A program made the translations under genes and the position numbers. Shown here piece by piece: positions 51,648 through 60,427 of a DNA stretch of 64,000 nucleotides. This stretch comes from an uncultured Alphaproteobacteria bacterium. GTDB taxonomy: Bacteria > Pseudomonadota > Alphaproteobacteria > Rs-D84. Under the pieces are notes generated by a model. The model worked only from the letters and a program-made list of their open reading frames with translations, was not told where the DNA came from and made no database searches. Numbering within the stretch: the first letter of the stretch is position 1; every line of letters begins with the position of its first letter. The stretch spans positions 64,001 through 128,000 of the forward strand of contig CAMRSV010000001.1 in NCBI GenBank assembly GCA_947053455.1, read 5' to 3'.

Positions 51648-52085
51648 ATGAAAAAAACTGTTACATTTTCGTTATTGTTACTAGGCACCATTTCAACAAA
51701 CGCATTTGCTATCGTACGGCCCGATTGCAATGATAATACAACATGTTTTGATATAACAAATGGTCAAAGATGTACTACAGTATGCCCGACCTGTGACCAA
51801 GTAACACTTGGATGCCCATGCTGCATCGAATACGATACCACCGTATCCTGTACCTGCAATTCCGGGTATCATTCGGCGACAAATGCCACATATGGATGCG
51901 AATGCAAAAAAAATTGCGCCGCCGGATATTATGGTGATGGCACAACGTGCACAAAATGTCCAACACCCGGCACAACAACCGGATATGCACAAACCATCAC
52001 AGATTGCTATGTACCACAAAACACATCGGTAACAGATTCAAGCGGCACATATAACTATTCTAGCAATTGTAAGTACAATCTATGA
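51648..52085 (+). CDS. Secreted Cys-rich protein with CAAGYYG...CTKCP...C-terminal module
   Basis: Signal peptide ending AFA; very Cys/Thr-rich; C-terminus homologous to 9937..10554; AAGGA RBS. Confidence 0.8.
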   Translation: MKKTVTFSLLLLGTISTNAFAIVRPDCNDNTTCFDITNGQRCTTVCPTCDQVTLGCPCCIEYDTTVSCTCNSGYHSATNATYGCECKKNCAAGYYGDGTTCTKCPTPGTTTGYAQTITDCYVPQNTSVTDSSGTYNYSSNCKYNL

Positions 52086-52484
52086 CACGATAATTTTTCG
52101 ACCGTCATTATGTGCCGTAATATAAATATGGGTTGTATCGGCCGGTAACATATCCGCCGCAATTTCCGGCCATTCTATCAATGTTATATCATTACGCATC
52201 GCGTGGTTAAGTCCGATTTCAATCAATTCCGACGGGTCTTCGACCCGGTACAGGTCAAAGTGCGATATCCCATCATACGATTGCACGATTGTAAATGTCG
52301 GGCTGGGGACGACTGTATCAGCCCCGCGCAGCGTTTGAATTATTGTGCGTGCGATTTCGGATTTGCCCATTCCCAAATCACCGTGCAGCGCAACCACCAC
52401 CGGCGCGGTCAATCGCCCGGCAAAATCCGCCGCAAACTTACGCGTTTGTTCCAGATTTTCGGTTATTATTTCCATATGCATCAT
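52080..52484 (-). CDS. tsaE: tRNA threonylcarbamoyladenosine biosynthesis ATPase
   Basis: LHGDLGMGKS, VPSPTFTIVQSY, HFDLYR, LIEWPE. Confidence 0.95.
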   Translation of the reverse strand: MMHMEIITENLEQTRKFAADFAGRLTAPVVVALHGDLGMGKSEIARTIIQTLRGADTVVPSPTFTIVQSYDGISHFDLYRVEDPSELIEIGLNHAMRNDITLIEWPEIAADMLPADTTHIYITAHNDGRKIIVS

Positions 52485-52492
52485 ATCGCCTT

Positions 52493-54484
52493 TTATTCTA
52501 ATAACAGTAAATCATCCTCTAATTTATGTATCGCGTCACGCAGTTCGGCGGCCGTTTCAAATTCCAAATCCTCGGCCGCACGGCGCATCTTCTTTTGCAG
52601 GTCTTTGATTTCCTTTCTGATGGAAACCGCATCCATGACACCACCTGATTTGTCGTAAACAAAGCGACGCTTTTTATCAGCCTTTTCTTCCTTGTCGCCA
52701 ACCTCGGCAAAGACCGCCTTGGCCACAGTTTTAGGCGTAATGCCGTGCGCCGCGTTGTACGCCATTTGTTTTTCACGACGACGCGCCGTTTCACCCAGCG
52801 CAGCGCGCATAGAATCAGTTATGCGGTCGGCATACAGTATCACGCGACCATTCGCGTTTCGTGCCGCGCGCCCAATTGTCTGGATAAGCGAACGCGTCGA
52901 ACGCAGGAATCCCTCCTTGTCGGCGTCCATAATCGCAACCAGTTCGCATTCTGGAACATCCAACCCCTCGCGCAGCAAATTAATCCCGACCAAAACGTCA
53001 AATTTACCCAACCTTAAATCACGCAACAATTCTATACGTTCCAGTGTTTCTATATCGCTGTGCAGGTATCTGGCACGCACCCCGTTTTCATTGAAATAAT
53101 CAGTCAGTTGCTCGGCCATTTTTTTGGTCAGCGTTGTAACCAGTACGCGCCCTTTTATCCCCTTTACCTCTGCCAGCAGGTCATCAACCTGATGTTCGGT
53201 GGGTCTAACCTCGCACACAGGGTCGAGCAGACCCGTCGGTCGTATAACCTGTTCAGACACAATCCCGCCCGACTGTTCCAATTCCCACGCGGCGGGCGTT
53301 GCCGACACAAATACGGTTTGTGGACGCAATGCGTCCCATTCCTCAAACGTCAATGGGCGGTTATCAATACACGCCGGCAATCGGAATCCGTATTGTGATA
53401 AAGTTTCCTTGCGCGCGCGGTCACCACGGCTCATTGCGCCGATTTGCGGAACGGTTACATGGCTTTCATCAATAAACAATACGGCGTCACGCGGCAAATA
53501 TTCAAACAATGTCGGTGGCGGCTGTCCCGGGGCGCGACCCGACAAATAACGCGAATAATTTTCAATACCGCGACATGTCCCCGTGGATTCCATCATTTCA
53601 ATGTCAAAATTAACACGTTCGCGCAGACGCTGCTCTTCTATATACTTCATGTTTTCGTGAAAGTATTTTAACCGTTCGTCCAAGTCATCACGGATTTGGC
53701 TGATTGCCTGCAAAATACTGGGCATCGGGGTTGCATAGTGCGTGTTCGGATATATCGCAATTCGATCAAGTTTATGTAGCTTTGCCCCGGTCAGTGTGTC
53801 AAATTCCCATATATCCTCTATCTCGTCACCAAAGAACGATATTTTCCATGCCCTGTCCAGGGAATGCGACGGGAACACATCCAGCGTATCGCCACGCACA
53901 CGAAAATCACCGCGCTCAAAAGCTGTGTCATTTCGCTTGTACTGAATATCAACCAATGCCCGCATCACATCTTTTTGGCCGATTTTATCCCCAGAATTTA
54001 GAACCAATTTCATGCCCGAATACTGTTCCGGCGAACCCATACCGTAAATTGATGACACAGATGATACGACAACGACATCCTTTTCCTCTAGCATGGCGCG
54101 CGTGGCACTGTGACGCATACGATCCAACTGTTCGTTTATGGACGCATCCTTGTCGATATACGTATCGGTTGTCGGCATGTACGCCTCGGGCTGATAATAA
54201 TCATAATATGATACGAAATATTCGACATGATTGTTTGGAAAGAAATATTTCATTTCCGTATACAACTGCGCCGCCAAAATTTTGTTCGGCGCCATAATCA
54301 ACGCGGGGCGCCCCAATTCGGCGATAACGTTCGCCATGGTGAACGTCTTGCCGGATCCGGTCACGCCCAACAACACCTGCGAACGGCGCCCTTCGTTTAT
54401 CCCAGACACCAATTCGGATATAGCCGTGGGCTGATCACCCATGGGTTTGTAATCACTCTGAAGATCAAAGATTTTTTTATTCAC
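52493..54484 (-). CDS. uvrB: Excinuclease ABC subunit B
   Basis: [39 protein letters not shown]. Confidence 0.98.
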   Translation of the reverse strand: MNKKIFDLQSDYKPMGDQPTAISELVSGINEGRRSQVLLGVTGSGKTFTMANVIAELGRPALIMAPNKILAAQLYTEMKYFFPNNHVEYFVSYYDYYQPEAYMPTTDTYIDKDASINEQLDRMRHSATRAMLEEKDVVVVSSVSSIYGMGSPEQYSGMKLVLNSGDKIGQKDVMRALVDIQYKRNDTAFERGDFRVRGDTLDVFPSHSLDRAWKISFFGDEIEDIWEFDTLTGAKLHKLDRIAIYPNTHYATPMPSILQAISQIRDDLDERLKYFHENMKYIEEQRLRERVNFDIEMMESTGTCRGIENYSRYLSGRAPGQPPPTLFEYLPRDAVLFIDESHVTVPQIGAMSRGDRARKETLSQYGFRLPACIDNRPLTFEEWDALRPQTVFVSATPAAWELEQSGGIVSEQVIRPTGLLDPVCEVRPTEHQVDDLLAEVKGIKGRVLVTTLTKKMAEQLTDYFNENGVRARYLHSDIETLERIELLRDLRLGKFDVLVGINLLREGLDVPECELVAIMDADKEGFLRSTRSLIQTIGRAARNANGRVILYADRITDSMRAALGETARRREKQMAYNAAHGITPKTVAKAVFAEVGDKEEKADKKRRFVYDKSGGVMDAVSIRKEIKDLQKKMRRAAEDLEFETAAELRDAIHKLEDDLLLLE

Positions 54485-54531
54485 AAGGTTTAGTATAATT
54501 CATTATAATCAAAATACAAGAGGGAGAATAC

Positions 54532-57006
54532 ATGGCATTAAAACCTAGGTATAAGCGCAGAATATTGTGGACGGTTATTTCGGCAATCGGATTGCTGGCC
54601 GTGGCGATTGTGCTGGTGCCTCCCCTTATCACATTAAATTATATGAAACCCAAAATAGAGGCCGCCATCACGGCGCAAACAGGCGTTACGGCAAAAATCA
54701 ATGGGAACGTGCATTTTAGTCTGCTGGGGCATGCGACAATCGTTGCACACGATGTTGTGATTCCAATGGGCACAATAAACTCTGCCGTGTTTAGGGTGCC
54801 GCTTTCATCCATACTTGATGCGGGTAACACATCGCTTACGGGTAATATCGTTGTATACGGCGCAAACCTGCACATTGAACGATTGGAACCACAATCATTT
54901 AATTATAATATTGAAATAAAAAACTCGCAGATAATGTTTATGGGCAAACCGTATTATATATTAAACGGAACTGTCTTTGATGGAAAGTTCACAGGACTTG
55001 TCCGCACAGACGACCATAAATATGAAATCGAATTTCAAGGTGACGCATTCCACGTGCGCAACCGCGACAATGCATTGAATCTGACGGGGTATCTGTTTTC
55101 AGACGGTGCGGCACGCGGTAAAATCGCGCTGGCGACCGATGACATAAACCGCTGGTTTGAATTTGATACGCCGCGAATTGACCGCCCGATACAAATGACG
55201 GCAAACTTTGAATGGGACGGTGCAAACGGCGTTAAATTCCAAGACATACATGCAAATTCCTTTACTGGGAACATTGACTTGAACGGCGACGGTTCACGCC
55301 GCGTTCAGTTGGCGTCAAAAAACATGGACTTTGATTTTTCATTCCTGTTAAAACCCAATGACGTTTTATACCGCACCGCGTTTGATTTGGATTTTTATGG
55401 CAATATGAAATTAGGGTCGAAAAAAATACACCATCTAAAAGTATTAGCAAACGGTGCCCGCGACAAAATACAAATCCGGGAAATCGTTGCGGACGACACG
55501 ACCATATCTGGTGGGTACATTGATGCAAACGGTGCCCATAATATTATGATACGCACCCCGTTTGATGGTGTCACGGTCACATGCCTGTTTTCAGGGACGC
55601 CGGATAAATGGCAATGCGGCGAATTTTCTTATAACCACATAACAGGCCAAATATCTGTTGACGGCGACAAATTTAACATATATGTACAGAGCCCAAAAAA
55701 CATACCCGGCGACGATGAAATACGCCGGATGGCACTGCGTTTTGGAAAACATGGGACGGTTGAATTTAAATTTAACGACGCCGCCGGCCGCATGGAAATA
55801 AGCGAAAAGGAAATGTCACGCGAATACACCTTTGCCAGAAATAGGAGCCTTGAATGGTTTGGTGGTGACATAAAATTTATGCCGGAATTTATGCGGCGCG
55901 CCACTGGTGATTTCACATGGTCTGGCGACAAAATGCATTTCAAGCCGAAATCAGAACAATGGATTCTCACCGTGCAGGGGGGCAAATTTACAATTCGCGG
56001 AAAAAACGCCAAGCAGTGGTTACCAGGTATTGATTTACAGGCACTTAATGATTTGCCATATGAAATATCCGGCACATATGCAGGCGACGCGATTGACAAT
56101 TTAAACATAATAATCGCCGGCCAAGAATTTTCTGGCACCGCAACGGCTGGCGCAATAACATTGAAAACAAACCTGCTGGATATGGATGCATTCACGAACC
56201 AATCATTTGTCGATAACTTTGAAGAACTAGAATTCACGACTATGCATCCGCTGATGATACCGTTTGATGTCGGTACAAATATTTCGATTTCGGCGGCGCA
56301 CGTTATATACAACGGTAATGAATATAGCAACTTTGTATATTCAATGCGCGGAAATACCCAGACATTCTCTATCACAGACGACGCACGGGGCGGAATTTTG
56401 ATGACTGTGCGCCGCGACAAAAACAAATACGACATTTCCGCGGCATTGTCGCGTTTCAAGATTGCCGGATTTTTACTAAACAATGTGATGCCACTAAATG
56501 TTAGCGACACACTGATTACGGGCGAAATTGAAATAACCACGTTCGGCAAAGTCGCGCACGACATACTTTACAATATGGCAGGTGAAATTGACACAACATT
56601 TGACGGCGGAATGATAACGGGTATTGGGGTTGACGGTTTTTATCAGTCTGCCGAAAATATAACAAAACTAAACGCTGAATATGCATTGAGCGCTGCATTG
56701 ACAAGTGGCGAAACCGCGTTAAAGAGCATGCGCGTCATCGGTCACTATGAAAACGGCAACTTTGAAACAACGCGCCCACTGGAAATATCAATGCGTCATT
56801 CGACAGCCACGGGGCAAATGCAAATTATAGATGGCCGCATGTCAGCAAATCTGAAAATCGTAATGCGTGGCGTCGCGCCGGCACCATCTCCAATCGAACT
56901 GCAAATAAATCCAAATGGGACGCGTAATTATTCGCTGTCCCAGATAATGATGGATTTGGACACGGGATATATGCGTGAATTTGTGAAAACACATGCAAAG
57001 TTCTAG
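54532..57006 (+). CDS. AsmA-like protein
   Basis: N-terminal TM then KPKIEAAITAQTG...INGNVHFSLL; long beta-rich body. Confidence 0.65.
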   Translation: MALKPRYKRRILWTVISAIGLLAVAIVLVPPLITLNYMKPKIEAAITAQTGVTAKINGNVHFSLLGHATIVAHDVVIPMGTINSAVFRVPLSSILDAGNTSLTGNIVVYGANLHIERLEPQSFNYNIEIKNSQIMFMGKPYYILNGTVFDGKFTGLVRTDDHKYEIEFQGDAFHVRNRDNALNLTGYLFSDGAARGKIALATDDINRWFEFDTPRIDRPIQMTANFEWDGANGVKFQDIHANSFTGNIDLNGDGSRRVQLASKNMDFDFSFLLKPNDVLYRTAFDLDFYGNMKLGSKKIHHLKVLANGARDKIQIREIVADDTTISGGYIDANGAHNIMIRTPFDGVTVTCLFSGTPDKWQCGEFSYNHITGQISVDGDKFNIYVQSPKNIPGDDEIRRMALRFGKHGTVEFKFNDAAGRMEISEKEMSREYTFARNRSLEWFGGDIKFMPEFMRRATGDFTWSGDKMHFKPKSEQWILTVQGGKFTIRGKNAKQWLPGIDLQALNDLPYEISGTYAGDAIDNLNIIIAGQEFSGTATAGAITLKTNLLDMDAFTNQSFVDNFEELEFTTMHPLMIPFDVGTNISISAAHVIYNGNEYSNFVYSMRGNTQTFSITDDARGGILMTVRRDKNKYDISAALSRFKIAGFLLNNVMPLNVSDTLITGEIEITTFGKVAHDILYNMAGEIDTTFDGGMITGIGVDGFYQSAENITKLNAEYALSAALTSGETALKSMRVIGHYENGNFETTRPLEISMRHSTATGQMQIIDGRMSANLKIVMRGVAPAPSPIELQINPNGTRNYSLSQIMMDLDTGYMREFVKTHAKF

Positions 57007-57362
57007 CGTGATTCATCCTTGATTGCACGTCGGAATGCATCGCGCGATATAGCGCGTCCGCTGGCATCGGCATAATACTTGTTTCGTCCGACAGTAATGC
57101 AATGAAATCCGCCCGCACAGAATTTTAATCCGCGCACCGCGCGCAGCATGGTTTTATCAGGCCCAATAAGGTCGGCCGTCTTTCCAAACAGCAGACGTGA
57201 AATTCCGCGTATAAAGCCGTTCGCTGCATGCGGCGCGTAAAGGACGCCACCACGCTTTACCAAACCATTAACATCATATTTGCCCGCACCCGATGTGATT
57301 GTCTGTGTCTGATACGGCGTCAGATTCATTGTATAGCAAATTTTGTTTATATCAGTTGTCAT
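57003..57362 (-). CDS. Hypothetical protein
   Basis: About 119 aa from Met 57362 with GGGGGA RBS. Confidence 0.6.
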   Translation of the reverse strand: MTTDINKICYTMNLTPYQTQTITSGAGKYDVNGLVKRGGVLYAPHAANGFIRGISRLLFGKTADLIGPDKTMLRAVRGLKFCAGGFHCITVGRNKYYADASGRAISRDAFRRAIKDESR

Positions 57363-57483
57363 GCGAAATCCCCCCATACGCTTTTTATAAAAATTATATA
57401 TGGAAAAAATTCTGCTGTAATAGGTATGATTTCCGAATAAAAACGGGGCCGCAAATTGCGGCCCCATGTAACGCGCGCGGGCA

Positions 57484-59238
57484 TTAATTTTTCTTGCGAA
57501 CAGTGATGTGCACCTCGCGCAGTTGGGTTTCGGTCACCTCTCGTGGCGCCCCCAGCATCAAATCCTGGCCGCGCTGGTTCGTTGGGAACAGCACAACTTC
57601 GCGCAAATTTGGTTCGGCACGCATGATTTGAACCAAACGGTCGATTCCGAACGCGCATCCACCGTGGGGCGGTGCACCGTACTGGAATGCCGCATACATT
57701 CCGCCGAATTTTTCACGAACAACCTCTTCGCCGTAACCCGCAATTGCAAAGGCCTTTACCATTGTTTCCGGGTTATAGTTGCGCAGACCCCCACTGCAGA
57801 TTTCCGCACCATTTAACACCATATCAAACTGGTTCGCTTTTATCTTTAATGGGTCGCCATCTAATTCACCCTTGGGCAGTGAAAACGGATTATGTCCGAA
57901 ATCAATTGCGCCCGTTTCTTCGTTTAGCTCGTACATTGGGAAATCTTCTATCCAGCAAAGACGGAATTCGGTCGGGTCAATCAGATTCAAATCTTCACCC
58001 AGCTTGATACGCAGTTTACCCGCAGCCTTGGCCGCGGCATCGGGCGCATCACAAACAAAGAATAAAGATGAATTGTCACCAGATATTTCACGCAGCTTTG
58101 CAATACGCGCCTCGTCCAGTTTTTTGGCGACCGGTCCCTTGGCCTCGTCCGCAAAGACAATGTAGCCAAGTCCACCCAGCCCCAATTCTTTTACCGCATA
58201 ATCGCCCAGTTTATCAAACCATGAACGCGGCCGGTCGGCGGAATTGGGCGCCGGTATGGCACGCACAACAGAGCCATTTTCAATTGCGGACGCAAAGATT
58301 CCAAAATCCGACCCGCGGAAAACATCTGTCACATCATGAATGATAATAGGGTTACGCAAATCTGGCTTGTCGCACCCATATTTCAGCATGGCTTCTTCAA
58401 ATGGTATATGCGGGATTTCCGGATGTATTTTTGCATTCGGTACAAATTCGCGAATCATCGCCGGCATCAGTTCGTCGCCAACCGCCTGAATGTCACGCAA
58501 ATCGACAAACGACATTTCCAAATCCAACTGATAAAATTCCAGCAACCGGTCGGCGCGCAAATCTTCGTCACGAAAGCATGGTGCAATCTGGAAATAGCGG
58601 TCAAATCCAGAAATCTGAACCAATTGCTTGAACTGCTGCGGTGCCTGGGGCAATGCATAGAACATGCCATGATGATTGCGGCTGGGGACGATAAAGTCAC
58701 GCGCACCCTCCGGGCTAGAGACAGTCAAAATCGGGGTTTGGAATTCGGAAAAGCCCATATCCCACATTTTATCGCGCATGAATTTTATCACGCGGTTGCG
58801 GAACAGAATGTTGTTGTGAAGACTTTCACGACGCAAATCGATATAACGGTATTTCAAGCGCAAATCTTCGGAAACATTGCCGTCATCACCGAACACCTGG
58901 AACGGCAGAACATCCGAATTAGTCAATACAGACCAGGATGTGACCTGAACCTCAATCGCGCCGGTGGGTAATTTGTCGTTCACGGCGGACGCGTCGCGGG
59001 CAACCACGGTGCCTGTAACCATTATAACGGATTCGGGGCGGACTTTTTCCAAGGCTTCATTTCCGCCGTCAAATACAATTTGCGTCATGCCATAGTTGTC
59101 GCGCAGGTCAATAAATAACAACGAGCCATGGTCACGCTTTCTATGTACCCAGCCCGACAGTGTAACGGTTTCGCCGACGTTTTTTGCGTTTAATTCACCG
59201 CATGTGTGCGTTCTGTATTTTGATTTAAGTGTTAACAT
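57484..59238 (-). CDS. aspS: Aspartate-tRNA ligase (probably non-discriminating)
   Basis: YRTHTCG, RDHGSLLFIDLRD, PEGARDF, LPQAPQQFKQ, GAPPHGG. Confidence 0.97.
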   Translation of the reverse strand: MLTLKSKYRTHTCGELNAKNVGETVTLSGWVHRKRDHGSLLFIDLRDNYGMTQIVFDGGNEALEKVRPESVIMVTGTVVARDASAVNDKLPTGAIEVQVTSWSVLTNSDVLPFQVFGDDGNVSEDLRLKYRYIDLRRESLHNNILFRNRVIKFMRDKMWDMGFSEFQTPILTVSSPEGARDFIVPSRNHHGMFYALPQAPQQFKQLVQISGFDRYFQIAPCFRDEDLRADRLLEFYQLDLEMSFVDLRDIQAVGDELMPAMIREFVPNAKIHPEIPHIPFEEAMLKYGCDKPDLRNPIIIHDVTDVFRGSDFGIFASAIENGSVVRAIPAPNSADRPRSWFDKLGDYAVKELGLGGLGYIVFADEAKGPVAKKLDEARIAKLREISGDNSSLFFVCDAPDAAAKAAGKLRIKLGEDLNLIDPTEFRLCWIEDFPMYELNEETGAIDFGHNPFSLPKGELDGDPLKIKANQFDMVLNGAEICSGGLRNYNPETMVKAFAIAGYGEEVVREKFGGMYAAFQYGAPPHGGCAFGIDRLVQIMRAEPNLREVVLFPTNQRGQDLMLGAPREVTETQLREVHITVRKKN

Positions 59239-59410
59239 TTCGGTCCCTTTTTTTATTGCCGGGACGCATCAAATTGCGGCACCGGTATTGTTTATGCACG
59301 GGGGCGCAAAATTTTATTCGCGCGGTGCCACCCCGAATTTATAACTTTTGGTTATGGGTTTTGAACATTCCGCGGTTGTCAGTCGCATCACCACATTCGC
59401 GCCCGAAAAA
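59239..59410 (-). promoter_or_regulatory. T-box riboswitch (Asp) in the aspS leader
   Basis: AAAUUCGGGGUGGCACCGCG T-box (59321-59340) with antiterminator pairing GCGCCCCCG; short Stem I with GAC at 59378-59380; TTGCAT-N17-TAAAAT promoter upstream. Confidence 0.8.
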
Positions 59411-59479
59411 TCTGTATCGGATTTTAACGCCCGTCCACCCAAAATGCAAGAAATTATTATTTTGTACCACGCACATCAG

Positions 59480-59515
59480 ATTTACCAGATTGCCACGCTA
59501 CGATCGCAATGACAA
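59480..59515. repeat. 36-bp REP/RPE-like repeat, copy A
   Basis: ATTTACCAGATTGCCACGCTACGATCGCAATGACAA, identical at 60295..60330. Confidence 0.85.
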
Positions 59516-59548
59516 GTTCGTTATTAAGTTCTTAATCTCTTTACTTTA

Positions 59549-59590
59549 TCATTGCGAGCAAGTGCATCTGCACACAGCGAAGCAATCCAA
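59549..59590. repeat. REP/RPE-like half-element in inverse orientation
   Basis: TCATTGCGAG...GCGAAGCAATCC, complementary to GATTGC...TCGCAATGA. Confidence 0.7.
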
Positions 59591-59601
59591 CATATAATAA
59601 A

Positions 59602-59877
59602 TTATTTCCCGCGATACGCATCGGCGTCATCGCCCCAATACCACGCGGGGATGCCGTATGTAAATATAAATATTAAAAATACTGTCGGAAATGGGGCACA
59701 GCCGGATTCTATATCCCGCAATTTTTCGACCGTTATACCAATGTCACGCGCAAACTGTTCCAACGATATTTGTGAATTTTCACGTATACTGCGGAAAAGT
59801 TCACCCGGCGGCATCCCGGTATCTTCTAGTGATACCAGTTTTTTTATCCCCGCCATTATATCGGCATTGTTGGTCAT
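59602..59877 (-). CDS. XRE-family helix-turn-helix protein
   Basis: GELFRSIRENSQISLEQFARDIGITVEKLRDIESG; start at Met 59877 with GGGGG RBS. Confidence 0.85.
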   Translation of the reverse strand: MTNNADIMAGIKKLVSLEDTGMPPGELFRSIRENSQISLEQFARDIGITVEKLRDIESGCAPFPTVFLIFIFTYGIPAWYWGDDADAYRGK

Positions 59878-59896
59878 GTTTATACCCCCGTTGTGC

Positions 59897-60075
59897 AAAA
59901 ACAAAAACCACCGAAAAATTTCAAGTGGTTGGAGGTTCACGACTATGTAAGAAATAGTGTATGTGTATTCAATATATTTTCACATACCCTCCAACCTAGG
60001 ATTGGAGAGATAGTTTTTTGTCTTATCTAGACATCTTACGCGGAGTCGTGAAACTCCGTGATGGAATTACCATCA
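59897..60075 (-). ncRNA. C4/CI-like antisense leader cassette, copy 5
   Basis: Transcript sense: targets UCACGAC and GUAAGA; complements UCUUAC and GUCGUGA; closing stem GGUUGGAGG/CCUCCAACC; terminator AACCAC/GUGGUU. Confidence 0.75.
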
Positions 60076-60110
60076 ATGATTATTATAGTATATTAGGGAA
60101 AAATATCAAT

Positions 60111-60256
60111 AAAAAAACCGCTTTATTGCGGTTGGAGGTTCACAACTATCGTAAGAAATAGTGTCGTTTATTCATATATATCACGACCCTCCAACCATGG
60201 TTGAAGTTTCTCTTACGAGGGGTTGTGACACCCCACCGATGGAATACCCTTCGGCA
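60111..60256 (-). ncRNA. C4/CI-like antisense cassette, copy 6 (no ORF of its own)
   Basis: Targets UCACAAC and UCGUAAGA; complements UCUUACGA and GUUGUGA; terminator AACCGC/GCGGUU plus U tract; TTGCAA-N17-TATAAT promoter. Confidence 0.75.
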
Positions 60257-60294
60257 CAATTATTATATCAACACAAAAATCAAATTGCAAATTT

Positions 60295-60330
60295 ATTTAC
60301 CAGATTGCCACGCTACGATCGCAATGACAA
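60295..60330. repeat. 36-bp REP/RPE-like repeat, copy B
   Basis: Identical to 59480..59515; followed by an AGCAATCCA remnant. Confidence 0.85.
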
Positions 60331-60380
60331 AGCAATCCAGTTAATAATAAAATTTAATAAAGCGCATAATAATATACATC

Positions 60381-60407
60381 AAAAAACCCGGTGATTTCCG
60401 GGTTTTT
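60381..60407 (-). terminator. Intrinsic terminator after infB
   Basis: AAAAAACCCGGTGATTTCCGGGTTTTT. Confidence 0.7.
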
Positions 60408-60427
60408 ATTAACATTATGCCGCCACA

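Noticed and set aside
55629-56564. Long antisense ORFs (also 15498..16229, 29342..30016, 34028..34822, 43150..43905)
   Set aside because: They lie wholly or largely opposite better-supported genes and lack motifs; shadow ORFs.
10575-60256. Cassettes as CRISPR repeats, tRNAs or known metabolite riboswitches
   Set aside because: They are dispersed rather than arrayed and no cas genes are present. They lack TTC T-loops and anticodon arms, and the variable co-varying a/b sites do not fit a conserved ligand pocket.
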